Part shown: piece by piece, positions 1 to 9,309 of the stretch
Layout of the letters: each line of letters begins with the position of its first letter
How positions within the stretch are numbered: the first letter of the stretch is position 1
Source: Candidatus Magasanikbacteria bacterium RIFOXYC2_FULL_42_28
GTDB lineage: Bacteria > Patescibacteriota > Patescibacteriia > Magasanikbacterales > GWA2-37-8
Direction of reading: 5' to 3'
NCBI GenBank assembly: GCA_001784435.1
Contig: MFQZ01000001.1
Span: 220,742-284,741 of the forward strand
Length of the DNA stretch: 64,000 nt
Notes under the pieces: generated by a model
What the model saw: only the letters and a program-made list of their open reading frames with translations
The model's database searches: none
What the model was told of the DNA's origin: nothing
Position numbers and translations under genes: made by a program

Positions 1-337
1 CAATTGATGGATATGGAATTTCAACGCTTTTCACCATCGTATAGTAACTCCAGGCCCATTGGCCAAATACTTCAGCCAAAAGCCCGAGAGATAGGAAAAT
101 TATTCCTCTCCCCATAACACTACGGTGCTTTCCCCACCTCTTAGAAATCCAAAAAATGCCATACAAGCCACCAATTAAAGAAATCAACGGGTAAAGTGCT
201 CCATATAAATTATTATAGTCGCCTTCTATCAAATTATTAGTTAAAATCCAAATCCAAAAAAATACCAACATCGTATATATGGCAATGATAACTCGGACGA
301 CGTTATTTTGTAATAATTGTTTTAAATTTGCAAACAT
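1..337 (-). CDS. Partial multi-TM membrane protein (N-terminal part; runs off the window start). It is a paralog of the 1842..2726 membrane protein.
   Basis: Manual translation of the minus strand from the ATG at 335-337 gives MFANLKQLLQNN...GLLAEVFGQWAWSYYTMVKSVEIPYPSI, with no stop down to position 1. This matches ...GLLLETFGQIMYSAYLHIFGPEIPYPSIGD in ORF 1842..2726. Confidence 0.5.
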   Translation of the reverse strand, partial: MFANLKQLLQNNVVRVIIAIYTMLVFFWIWILTNNLIEGDYNNLYGALYPLISLIGGLYGIFWISKRWGKHRSVMGRGIIFLSLGLLAEVFGQWAWSYYTMVKSVEIPYPSI

Positions 338-360
338 AATAATAAATTATACCACATTAC

Positions 361-957
361 TTATGACTTAATTTTATACCAATCTTTATTTTTTGTAAAG
401 TGTACCCACAAAAGCAGCCCAGCCACACTCCCCTCGGCGAGCAGTATGTATAAAGGATAAATAACAATGTGAAATTGCCACTGTTCAATAGCTAACAAAT
501 TAATTATACCACCTAAAGTAAAAATACACCATGTTGGCAGATCCTCCGTCCAAGGTTCCTGGAAAGATTTTTTTATAGTTGGCAAAAAGGCAATAAAATC
601 GGCCAATAAATTAAAGACCAGGCCAATAACCGGAGAATCATACAGTTGCCACAGTGCTATTGCAATTGCGGAAAATACCAAATACTTAAAATCGCCTTTC
701 CCTTTCCACCCTTCTCCAAACTTAATGGCAAGAATAAAAACTACCAATGGACCAACCACATTGGCTAAAGCAACGCCGAGGGTCGCTTGAGCGCCGGCAT
801 CTCTGTAGACAATAAAAGTAATCGCGCCTATTAAAAATAGTACCAGCCAAGTGGTGCGATTTGGTTTCGTCCTATTCCTAAAAATACTCACAATGTAAGG
901 GACATAAGCAATAACTGTAAACGCCATTGCTATTTCCCCCATTAGCGCGTGATTCAT
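361..957 (-). CDS. Small polytopic membrane protein, possibly a PnuC-like or PQ-loop-like transporter.
   Basis: 198 aa with about 6-7 hydrophobic helices. Two loop motifs (YVPYIVSIFRNRTKPNRTT and FLPTIKKSFQEP) resemble PQ-loop/PnuC repeats. No catalytic motif was found. Confidence 0.35.
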   Translation of the reverse strand: MNHALMGEIAMAFTVIAYVPYIVSIFRNRTKPNRTTWLVLFLIGAITFIVYRDAGAQATLGVALANVVGPLVVFILAIKFGEGWKGKGDFKYLVFSAIAIALWQLYDSPVIGLVFNLLADFIAFLPTIKKSFQEPWTEDLPTWCIFTLGGIINLLAIEQWQFHIVIYPLYILLAEGSVAGLLLWVHFTKNKDWYKIKS

Positions 958-968
958 ATAAATATAGG

Positions 969-1811
969 CTATTCAACTCTGTCGACCTTAAAATGATTGT
1001 AGCCGCCACCAAAAATATAACCAACTTTAATATTCACAACATCGCCAACTTCGACAGTAAATTCTTTAATTGGGATAAGCATTGGGGCGTTTAATGCTTC
1101 CGTATCTTTTACAGAAATGCCATCGGCTAAAAATGTCTCGCTGGTTAAATAAACACTGTTAACTATGCCGCCCTTTTTTACTTTAAAAGAAATTAAACCG
1201 GTAAATACCTCTTCAATCTTATTATTAAACATCACGGAATTCAATAGCGTCGGTTCTGTAATTTTTTTCACTTTTAAATTGCTCCAATCATGCCATTTCC
1301 AAAGGTGTGATACCATCGGAAATTTTAATCCATAAACGGTAAAATCCGTATTGGTGAGAGTGATATGTGTATCCTGTTTATAGGGCAAAAAAGTGGTTGC
1401 TTGACCGACTACTCCTTGGTTGTGAATATTGTTGATTGCCTGGACTTGATACTCTTCTACCATCCCAGTAGTCAGCATCTCCGCAATAACCACATCAAAT
1501 TTTGTCTTTACCGGAAAAACACATTTCTTGGCGTCCTCAGTAACAAGTGAAATAACATCTGCAAATTTATTTAGGGCTATAGCGTTACGCGCTATCTGGG
1601 CTATGAATTTATCAAATTCAACTGCCACTACTTTTTTTGCTCCGGCCTGTGCCGCTAAGATAGCCATAATACCAGAGCCAGTACCCACATCAAAAACAAC
1701 GTCTGTTTTTTTGACAATTTTGTTTATGGCTTTCTTAAATAACCTTGTCCGCTCTTCATCAACTAAACATTGACCGACGAAATCAATAGAACTAAACAAA
1801 TTATCCGACAT
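969..1811 (-). CDS. Class I SAM-dependent methyltransferase with a PRMT-like (protein arginine N-methyltransferase-like) core plus a C-terminal beta-rich domain.
   Basis: Motif I is VFDVGTGSGIMAILAAQAGAKKVVAVE. The post-I and motif III region FDVVIAEMLTTGMVEEYQ resembles the PRMT pattern VLDVGCGTGILS...AGAKKV..E...VDIIISEWMGY. Confidence 0.55.
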   Translation of the reverse strand: MSDNLFSSIDFVGQCLVDEERTRLFKKAINKIVKKTDVVFDVGTGSGIMAILAAQAGAKKVVAVEFDKFIAQIARNAIALNKFADVISLVTEDAKKCVFPVKTKFDVVIAEMLTTGMVEEYQVQAINNIHNQGVVGQATTFLPYKQDTHITLTNTDFTVYGLKFPMVSHLWKWHDWSNLKVKKITEPTLLNSVMFNNKIEEVFTGLISFKVKKGGIVNSVYLTSETFLADGISVKDTEALNAPMLIPIKEFTVEVGDVVNIKVGYIFGGGYNHFKVDRVE

Positions 1812-1841
1812 AAATATTATAAATAAAAATTAATTAATATT

Positions 1842-2726
1842 CTAAACTTCCACCGACCGTTGTTTTAAAAACCCACTATGATTAAAAAATGGCTTTGTCT
1901 CTCCGTCAATTCCGACAACCGCGCGCGTATCCTCAAAAACGGAACGTAATCTAATTACTCCCAAAATCATTAAAAAGTAAGCAACAAGATATAAGGCGTC
2001 ACCTATCCCGGCCCACTGCCAGGTGTTTTGATAAAATTGAATAGAGAATAAATAATCCGATAGATATTGAACCACCAAAGCCCAAGAAATAATCCGAATG
2101 GAAGAACCAAAAATCCCAGCCATCAGCTCCGGCGAAGAGAAATTAAGCATAAACACAAGCGCCAAATACAAAGCACCAACCAACAAATATCCGATCTCTA
2201 ACAACAACTCAAACCGTGATGATTGTAGCGCGCCGTATCCGTTACCATACAGCCAACTAATCGACGCCAGAGACAAAACCGCAAAAAAGACCAACAGGGC
2301 ATTTAACTCAAATTTTGTGGCATGAGAAAGTTTTCGGACAATTTTCCATAAATAAATAATACCAGCCGCATAAAATACCGGTCCAAAAAAATATCCGACA
2401 TCGCCAATTGAAGGATAGGGTATTTCTGGCCCAAAAATATGCAGGTACGCGGAATACATAATTTGACCGAAAGTTTCCAACAATAAACCAACCGAAAAAA
2501 ACAAGATAGGCCGTCCAAATAAACTTTTGACGCCGCCACAGGCGCGCACGTTAATCAAGCCAAAAACCCCACCTATTAACGCGACAATTCCGTAAGTATC
2601 ACTCCAAAAATCCCGCAAAAAAATCACATCTGCAAAAAATAAGTGAACTAAGAGCCAACTCACAGCCCACACTACAAAAAATAACATGATAATTTGTTTT
2701 TGCCTGACAACACCCATATTTAACAA
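1842..2726 (-). CDS. Polytopic integral membrane protein of unknown function, paralogous to the partial ORF at 1..337.
   Basis: 294 aa with many hydrophobic segments. It shares the conserved block FGQ...EIPYPSIGD with the 1..337 ORF. Confidence 0.5.
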   Translation of the reverse strand: MLNMGVVRQKQIIMLFFVVWAVSWLLVHLFFADVIFLRDFWSDTYGIVALIGGVFGLINVRACGGVKSLFGRPILFFSVGLLLETFGQIMYSAYLHIFGPEIPYPSIGDVGYFFGPVFYAAGIIYLWKIVRKLSHATKFELNALLVFFAVLSLASISWLYGNGYGALQSSRFELLLEIGYLLVGALYLALVFMLNFSSPELMAGIFGSSIRIISWALVVQYLSDYLFSIQFYQNTWQWAGIGDALYLVAYFLMILGVIRLRSVFEDTRAVVGIDGETKPFFNHSGFLKQRSVEV

Positions 2727-2813
2727 AAATACTTTAAATAATGCCTTAAATTAAGGGTAATTTTACTATACCACATTTTTGGCGATTTGGCTATAAAAAC
2801 TAATGGGCAAAAG

Positions 2814-4613
2814 TTACATCTCCCCAACCACTTCAATCCCCAAAATATCCAAAGATTTTGTCAAAACCGTCCGAACGGCGCCGGACAATTGCACCCGCGC
2901 GGAAATTAATTCTTTGCTTTCGGCTTGTAGGACACTATGTTTATTGTAAAATTCATTATATGCTTGCGCTAAATCAAAAGTGTATTTAATAACGACGGAT
3001 GGATTATAATTATTGTACGCCTTTTGGATTATTTCGCCGTATTGTGATAGCAGTAATAACAATTTTTTTTCTTCGGGCGAAGTGAGTGGGACAGAGATCC
3101 CGATTTTCATCGGGATGACAGTTCGGTGAGAGGATTTTTTGATAATACTGTTGATGCGGGCGACCGTATACAAAACATACGGACCGGTAAAACCGTCAAA
3201 ACTTGCGGCCGTGGCCGGATCAAAAACAATCACTTTTTCCGCTTCGTGTTTTAAAATTTCAAATTTTATGGCCGCTTGAGTAATGGTATGCGCGGTGGTG
3301 GCGATTTTCTTTTTAGACCAATCAGTGTGACGCTTGGCGGTTTCGCTCAATAATTTTTCATAAACTTCATCGCGTAAATCTTCGTACAGTAAAACATTGC
3401 CCAAACGCGAAGACATCTTGCCAGAAGTTGTACTCACGAGCCCATAACCAATATGTTTAGTTTGGTAATTAAATCCGGCTAATTCTAAAATTTTGAATAA
3501 TTGTTTAAAATAAAAATTCTGCTCGATGCCAGTTAGGTGAACGCTTTGAAAAATTTTCGGAAATGTTTTATTGCGCAATTGCGCGAGGCCAAGATCGCTT
3601 GTTAAATACAATCCTAAACCATTGCTTTTACGCAATAATCCAATATCCAAATTATATTTATTTAGATCCACAATAATCGCTCCACCCTCGCCCACTTGTG
3701 CCACGCCTTTTTTCAATAATTCATCCACTAATTTTTGGCCGGCCTCTTTGACCTCATGTTCATACAAAACTGTTTTGTGTCGCACTCCCAATTCTTTAAA
3801 AATTATATTGAAACCGGCGATGCTCCACTGGCGCGTGGTTTTATACAACGGCCAAATGGTTTTATCGTGTTTTTCAATTTTATTTTGTATGATCGCGATT
3901 TCGTCTTTGGCTTCCGGATGTTCCGCTAAATAGATGCTCGCTTCCGTATAAATAGCCCCGAGCCAACGCTGTTTGTTGGCCGGCGGTTTTTCATTTTTAT
4001 GGAATTTTAATAAACCCCACAAACATTTGGCCACATGCGCGCCAAAATCATTAAGGTAGTTGATGGGGATAATATTAAAACCATTGGCCTCAAAAATTTT
4101 AATCAGGGAATTTCCCAAACAGATATTGCGTAAATGACCAACATGAATTTCTTTGTGGGTATTGTTGGCCGGATATTCCACGAGAATTTTTTTGCCTTTG
4201 CCGAAATTGTTTGTGCCATATTTTTTATTCGCAACCGCTGGGATAATTTCTGACGCGAGCGCGCCGGTGTTTAGGAAAAAATTGACATAAGGGCCAAAGG
4301 CGGCGACACGGCCAACAATTCGATTGTCATCCCGAGCGTTTTTTACTGTCATTCCGAGCGAGCCCTTAAGGGGCGACGAGGAATCTCCACCGGACGAATT
4401 GAACGCTGACAGAGATTTCTCACCCTTCGGGTTCGAAATGACAATGGCGAGCTGTTTAGCTATTTCAACCGGATTCATTTTTAATTCTTTGGCCAAATTA
4501 AAACACGCAAACGCCAAATCCCCCATCTCCGGTTTGGGCGGGGTGGTTAAATCAATTTCGCCGGTAACCCCGGCAACGCGTAAAATTTTTATGATTTCGG
4601 ATTTGATGTCCAT
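2814..4613 (-). CDS. argS: Arginyl-tRNA synthetase carrying two in-frame repeat-element insertions.
   Basis: HIGH motif HVGHLRN, an MSSRLG KMSKS-like motif, and class I ArgRS architecture. Insert regions translate to ...GGDSSSPLKGSLGMT... and ...MKIGISVPLTSPEE.... Confidence 0.9.
   Translation of the reverse strand: MDIKSEIIKILRVAGVTGEIDLTTPPKPEMGDLAFACFNLAKELKMNPVEIAKQLAIVISNPKGEKSLSAFNSSGGDSSSPLKGSLGMTVKNARDDNRIVGRVAAFGPYVNFFLNTGALASEIIPAVANKKYGTNNFGKGKKILVEYPANNTHKEIHVGHLRNICLGNSLIKIFEANGFNIIPINYLNDFGAHVAKCLWGLLKFHKNEKPPANKQRWLGAIYTEASIYLAEHPEAKDEIAIIQNKIEKHDKTIWPLYKTTRQWSIAGFNIIFKELGVRHKTVLYEHEVKEAGQKLVDELLKKGVAQVGEGGAIIVDLNKYNLDIGLLRKSNGLGLYLTSDLGLAQLRNKTFPKIFQSVHLTGIEQNFYFKQLFKILELAGFNYQTKHIGYGLVSTTSGKMSSRLGNVLLYEDLRDEVYEKLLSETAKRHTDWSKKKIATTAHTITQAAIKFEILKHEAEKVIVFDPATAASFDGFTGPYVLYTVARINSIIKKSSHRTVIPMKIGISVPLTSPEEKKLLLLLSQYGEIIQKAYNNYNPSVVIKYTFDLAQAYNEFYNKHSVLQAESKELISARVQLSGAVRTVLTKSLDILGIEVVGEM
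3089..3122. repeat. Family A hairpin repeat (GGACAGAGATCCCGATTTTCATCGGGATGACAG) inside the argS coding region.
   Basis: The same roughly 33-bp element recurs at 18541, 25648, 35034 and 45601. Here the argS reading frame stays open through it. Confidence 0.85.
4325..4446. repeat. Family B long palindromic element (TGTCATYCCGAGCG...GGAATCTCC...GAGATTTCTC...CGAAATGACA) inserted in frame in argS.
   Basis: Near-identical copies lie at 44797-44890 (uvrA) and 59562-59660 (queA). Shorter copies lie at 10472, 21188, 38109, 42174, 45084 and 61937. Confidence 0.85.
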
Positions 4614-4706
4614 ACTATTGACTTATATATTGTATATGGTATTATATAATTATCACTATGTTAAAGACCCCTATACGGTTCCGTCCGTATCGGGGGCTTT
4701 TTCTTT

Positions 4707-5195
4707 TTAGGGGTAATTTAACCTATTTTTTTGAGCATCTAAATATACCAACGGAATATTTAATTTTCTAAGTAAAAATGAACATTTATTGCTGGGTGCT
4801 ATTAGTGAACGAAAAACATTTTTTTCTTTAAAAAATTTCACTAACCCGGCGTAATCACCATCACTAGTTACCAGAACCGCTTGATTAAATTGTTTTTCAA
4901 AATAATCAACTACTGCTTTTAATACTAAATCAGCATCGCAATTTCCTTTAACTTTTCCTTCACTGTTACAAGTTGTTTCCTTAAAAACCAATGTGAAGCC
5001 GGCTTCTTGTAAAAAAGTATAAAGATCTTTATTTTTTGGCACTAAACCAATAAAAAGGTAAGCGCGCTCCACTGAATATTTTTCTTTAAGCCAAATTCTA
5101 AAACGTTTATAATCTAACCTCCACCCTAAATCAGCTACACCTTTGTGAAGATTGGCGCCATCAATATAAGCAAAATTATTCTCTTTCTTTATCAT
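4707..5195 (-). CDS. NYN-domain ribonuclease (YacP/Rae1-like) embedded in the aaRS operon.
   Basis: It begins AYIDGANL and contains ...LVTSDGDYAGLV, which are NYN/PIN-like acidic motifs. Its start overlaps the tyrS stop (ATGA). Confidence 0.65.
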   Translation of the reverse strand: MIKKENNFAYIDGANLHKGVADLGWRLDYKRFRIWLKEKYSVERAYLFIGLVPKNKDLYTFLQEAGFTLVFKETTCNSEGKVKGNCDADLVLKAVVDYFEKQFNQAVLVTSDGDYAGLVKFFKEKNVFRSLIAPSNKCSFLLRKLNIPLVYLDAQKNRLNYP

Positions 5196-6382
5196 AATAC
5201 TCGCACAAAATGACGACTGCCTTTTTGTATTATATCGCCGGCCTTTACTTTGGCGGAATAATCTTTGGCCTCAACTTTTTTGTCATTAATTTTCACACCA
5301 CCCTGATCAACCGCACGACGCGCCTCGCCTTTACTCGCGCAAATTTTTGCTTCAACTAAAACTTCCACCACTTCATACTTGGCAGGTTTTAATTCAGGCA
5401 TTTCGTCTGGTGTTTGTTTTTTACTGAATGTAGAAATAAAGTATTCTTGCGCGCTTACCGCGTCTTTTTCATTGTGATAAAATTTTACTAATTCAAAAGC
5501 TAATTTTATTTTATAATCGCGCGGATTGGCGCCCGATTTTAATTTTTGTTCAAATTCTTTTATTTCTGGAAGTGGCAACCGTGTCGTTAAAGTAAAATAT
5601 TTAATTATTAACTCATCACTAATTGACATCACCTTACCAAACATATCATTGGGAACGGCCATTAAATCAATGGTATTGCCCCAGCTGGAGCTCATTTTAC
5701 GGCCATCGGTTCCTTCTAAAAGCGGACCGACTAAAATATCTTGTGGCTCTTGTTTGTAAAATTTTTGCAATGTCCGGCCGGCCAGTAAATTAAACCACTG
5801 GTCAGTTCCGCCCAATTCCACATCAGCGCGAACGGCCACGGAATCATAGCCCTGCATCAAGGGATACAACAACTCCCGGAGCGACACCCTGGTGCCGGCA
5901 TCAAGACGTTTTTTAATATTGTCGCGCGCGATAAATTCGGCCAACGAAAATTGGTCGGCCTGTGAACCAATCTCATGATAATTTAATTTACCAAGCCATT
6001 CGCTATTGTGACAAAATTCACATTTATCAATATCAATAACTTTCGCGGCTTGTCCTAAATATCCGGCCATGTTGGATTTTATTTTTTCCGCTTCCAGCAT
6101 CGGACGTTCGCTGGTTTTATCAGAAGTATCGCCAATTACGCCGGTAAAATCACCAACAATAAAAACAACTTGGTGCCCCAACTCTTGGAAATCACGCAAT
6201 TTTAAAAGTGGAATAGAGCGACCGATATGAATGTTTGGACTAGTTGGGTCAATCCCCAATTTTACGCGCAACTGACGACCGGATTTTAATTTCTTTTCCA
6301 AATTATCGCGGTCAACGATTTGATCCACTCCGCGTGTTAAAAGTTCTTCAATTTTTTGAGGGTCGGTGTTAATTTTTGGCAT
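5192..6382 (-). CDS. tyrS: Tyrosyl-tRNA synthetase.
   Basis: GIDPTSPNIHIGRSIP...IVGDFTGVIGDTSDK is a TyrRS-type HIGH region. KMSSS is the KMSKS-like motif. There is a C-terminal S4 domain (GEARRAVDQGGVKINDKKV). Confidence 0.85.
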   Translation of the reverse strand: MPKINTDPQKIEELLTRGVDQIVDRDNLEKKLKSGRQLRVKLGIDPTSPNIHIGRSIPLLKLRDFQELGHQVVFIVGDFTGVIGDTSDKTSERPMLEAEKIKSNMAGYLGQAAKVIDIDKCEFCHNSEWLGKLNYHEIGSQADQFSLAEFIARDNIKKRLDAGTRVSLRELLYPLMQGYDSVAVRADVELGGTDQWFNLLAGRTLQKFYKQEPQDILVGPLLEGTDGRKMSSSWGNTIDLMAVPNDMFGKVMSISDELIIKYFTLTTRLPLPEIKEFEQKLKSGANPRDYKIKLAFELVKFYHNEKDAVSAQEYFISTFSKKQTPDEMPELKPAKYEVVEVLVEAKICASKGEARRAVDQGGVKINDKKVEAKDYSAKVKAGDIIQKGSRHFVRVL

Positions 6383-6383
6383 A

Positions 6384-9119
6384 TTACTTCAAATTACTTA
6401 ATTGCTCTTTTAGTTTAGACAATTTTTGCTCGGTCTCGGCCAATTTTTGGGTTTCTTTTTCAACGACGGCCGGTGGGGCGTTATTGACAAATTCGGCGTT
6501 GGCCAATTTATTTTTCATAACTGTCACAAATTTTTCCGCGGCTTCAACTTCTTTGGTCAAACGCGCGGTTTCTTTTTCAATGTCAACAGCGCCGGATAAA
6601 TCTAAATAAATTTCCATATCACCGCACACCAGCGCCACAGCGTTTTCCGGTTTGACGGCCTTGGTCTCAATGGTTAGTTTTTCTAGACGCGCGAGGCCGG
6701 TGATAATAGCGCTATTTTCGGTTAACAATTTTTCTTTAGCGCCGGCACTGATTATCGCGTCAATTTTTTTGTTTGGTTCAATTTTATTGTCGGCGCGAGC
6801 GGAACGGATGGTGGTGATGATAAGTTGTATGGTATTAAAATCGTTAAGGGATTCCTCCACTACGGTCGGAATGACAAGGTGTGGCCACGATTCTACCATT
6901 AACATTCTATCGATGCCGAACATCTCACTCCAAATTTGTTCAGTAACAAACGGCATAAATGGATGCCACAATTTAAGTAATGTTTGCAAAATATACTGTA
7001 AAATCTCTTCTTTGTCACCCTCTATTTTCGCGATTTCTAAATACCAATCAGCCAATTCACTCCAAGTAAAATCGCGCAATTTTTCACCGGCCGCAGAAAA
7101 TTGAAAATTTTCAATATTCTCGCTTACATCTTTAACGGTAGCATCTAAACGCGACAAAATCCATTTGTCAGCTAATGTCAAATTTTGAATTTTTAATTGT
7201 AATTTTGAATTTTGATTTTTAATTTTTGAATTCGCGATAATAAATCGCGCCATATTCCACAATTTATTTGTAAAATTCCGGAAGCCGGCGATTTTTTCTT
7301 CGGATAATCTAGTGTCATTACCGGGGGTATTTCCAAGTAGTAATGATAAACGTGTAGCATCAGCGCCATACTTAGCAATTGAATCCAACGGATCAATTAC
7401 ATTACCAAGCGACTTACTCATTTTGCGCCCTTGCTCATCGCGCACCAGTCCGTGCATATATACTTTTTCAAACGGAATATCACCCAAAGTATAAGTAGTC
7501 ATGAGTACCATGCGCGCCACCCAGAAAAATAAAATATCATAACCGGTTTCCAACACGGAAGTTGGATGAAAAGTTTGTAAATCAACTGTTTTCTCTGGCC
7601 ATCCCAAAGTAGAAAACGTCCACAAACCCGAAGAAAACCAGGTATCCAACGTGTCAGGATCTTGGTGCAAATCGCCACCATCAGTTTGGTTCCCACAATA
7701 CGGACATACCGCTGGCTCGTCAATACTAACGATGGGATTTTCAGAAACTCCCGGCCCAACTTTTTCGGACACCTCTTGACAGGTGCCGTGGTACCACACC
7801 GGAATCTGATGACCATACCAAATCTGGCGCGAAATACACCAATCGCGCAAATTATCTATCCAGCTAAAATACGTTTTATTAAATCTTTCAGGAATAATTT
7901 CTATCTGCCCACTTGCGACCGCTTCAGACATTAACTTCTTTAAAGTCACTTTTTGACCGGCTTTAATATTTTTCAGTTTTGAATTAACAATTGAAAATTC
8001 TTTATTAACATCAATAAACCACTGCTTAGATGGCAACGGCTCAACCGCTGTACCACAACGATAACAGACGGACAAATTATGTATATAATTTTCATCCACT
8101 CTCTCAAGCAATCCCTTATCTGCTAAAATTTTAACGATCTCTTCCCGACTTGCCTGCGCGTTCTTACCGACAAAATCTCCCGCCGCATCCGTAAAATTGC
8201 CGTCTTCATCAATGATTTGAACAACATCTAAATTGTATTTTTTTGCCAATTCATAATCTTCAAAACTATGCGCCGGAGTAATAGTCATCGCACCCGTACC
8301 AAATTTAGGATCAGAGGCCTGGTCGGCGATAACTTTAGCTATAATTTTGCCACCGATCCAATCCATTTCAAATTTTGTGCCTTGCAATTTTTTGTAACGC
8401 TCATCATCTGGGTGGACGACAATAACCTTATCTAAAAATTTCGTTTCCGGACGCGCCGTGCCAATAATTACCGGACCGTATTTAAAATAATAAAATTTTG
8501 TTTTTTGTTCCTTGTATTCCACCTCATCATCCGCCAAAGTGGAGTGGCACCTCGGGCACCAATTTACAATTCTGTATCCACGATAAATCAAACCGTCGTC
8601 ATACATTTTTTTAAAAACCGTGCGCACTGCTAAATTTCGCGGTTCGTCCAAAGTAAACGCCTCACGACTCCAATCTAACGACGAACCCATTTTTTTACAT
8701 TGATTTACAATCGTATCGTGCGACGCCTGCGCAAATTTATTAACTTCGTCTAAAAATTTTTCACGCCCTAATTCTTTTTTTGGATCCTTAATTCCTTTTT
8801 CAATCAATAATTTTTCTACTTTTGTTTGAGTCGCGATTGCCGCGTGATCCGTCCCAGGCAACCACAAAGTTTTATCACCTTTCATGCGATGATATCGAAT
8901 CATCAAATCCTCTATTGCAAGCATCATGGCATGACCAATGTGAAGTGTGCCAGTTACATTTGGCGGGGGTAAAACTATTGTAAACGGTTTGGCATTTGCA
9001 TCTGTTCCACCTTTCTCAACACATACATCCGGATTAAAAAATCCGCTCTCTTCCCAGCGTTTATAAATCGCATCCTCGTAATTTTGGGGCTCGTAGGCCT
9101 TGGGTAGTTCTTTATTCAT
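6384..9119 (-). CDS. valS: Valyl-tRNA synthetase.
   Basis: PPPNVTGTLHIGHA, KMSKSLGN, and a long C-terminal coiled coil, in 911 aa. It contains an in-frame AT-rich repeat insertion at about 7178-7232. Confidence 0.92.
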   Translation of the reverse strand: MNKELPKAYEPQNYEDAIYKRWEESGFFNPDVCVEKGGTDANAKPFTIVLPPPNVTGTLHIGHAMMLAIEDLMIRYHRMKGDKTLWLPGTDHAAIATQTKVEKLLIEKGIKDPKKELGREKFLDEVNKFAQASHDTIVNQCKKMGSSLDWSREAFTLDEPRNLAVRTVFKKMYDDGLIYRGYRIVNWCPRCHSTLADDEVEYKEQKTKFYYFKYGPVIIGTARPETKFLDKVIVVHPDDERYKKLQGTKFEMDWIGGKIIAKVIADQASDPKFGTGAMTITPAHSFEDYELAKKYNLDVVQIIDEDGNFTDAAGDFVGKNAQASREEIVKILADKGLLERVDENYIHNLSVCYRCGTAVEPLPSKQWFIDVNKEFSIVNSKLKNIKAGQKVTLKKLMSEAVASGQIEIIPERFNKTYFSWIDNLRDWCISRQIWYGHQIPVWYHGTCQEVSEKVGPGVSENPIVSIDEPAVCPYCGNQTDGGDLHQDPDTLDTWFSSGLWTFSTLGWPEKTVDLQTFHPTSVLETGYDILFFWVARMVLMTTYTLGDIPFEKVYMHGLVRDEQGRKMSKSLGNVIDPLDSIAKYGADATRLSLLLGNTPGNDTRLSEEKIAGFRNFTNKLWNMARFIIANSKIKNQNSKLQLKIQNLTLADKWILSRLDATVKDVSENIENFQFSAAGEKLRDFTWSELADWYLEIAKIEGDKEEILQYILQTLLKLWHPFMPFVTEQIWSEMFGIDRMLMVESWPHLVIPTVVEESLNDFNTIQLIITTIRSARADNKIEPNKKIDAIISAGAKEKLLTENSAIITGLARLEKLTIETKAVKPENAVALVCGDMEIYLDLSGAVDIEKETARLTKEVEAAEKFVTVMKNKLANAEFVNNAPPAVVEKETQKLAETEQKLSKLKEQLSNLK
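7178..7232. repeat. AT-rich AATTTTGAATTTT-type repeat inserted in frame in valS.
   Basis: CAAATTTTGAATTTTTAATTGTAATTTTGAATTTTGATTTTTAATTTTTGAATT translates to KIKNQNSKLQLKIQNL. The same motif family occurs in intergenic repeats at 13741, 36590, 55325 and 58478. Confidence 0.6.
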
Positions 9120-9216
9120 AGTATTATTAGTGCTGATATTTTATACCAAAACTAAGAAAAAGGCAAGAAAATGGCTTAATTTTGACAAATTTGCCCCAAA
9201 AATGGCTTACATACTA

Positions 9217-9245
9217 TTGACAAATATTGGAATAATTGGTAAGAT
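9217..9245 (+). promoter_or_regulatory. Sigma70-like promoter for the DHH-family gene.
   Basis: TTGACA (9217-9222), a 17-bp spacer, then TAAGAT (9240-9245). Confidence 0.45.
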
Positions 9246-9309
9246 TACCCGTTATTTCACACTGAAAGATTGCCGCGCCCTTTGGGCTCGCAATGACATT
9301 AACACCGAT

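Noticed and set aside
4400-4446. tRNA-like T-arm sequence GGGTTCGAAATGACA.
   Set aside because: It is part of the family B repeat, found in all copies. There is no acceptor or anticodon-arm context. No convincing tRNA was found anywhere in the window.
9100-9309. N-terminal 70 aa of ORF 9100..10452, overlapping the valS start.
   Set aside because: It is AT-rich and hydrophobic, and it contains the promoter. The DHH homology begins at MALTEIEQFK.
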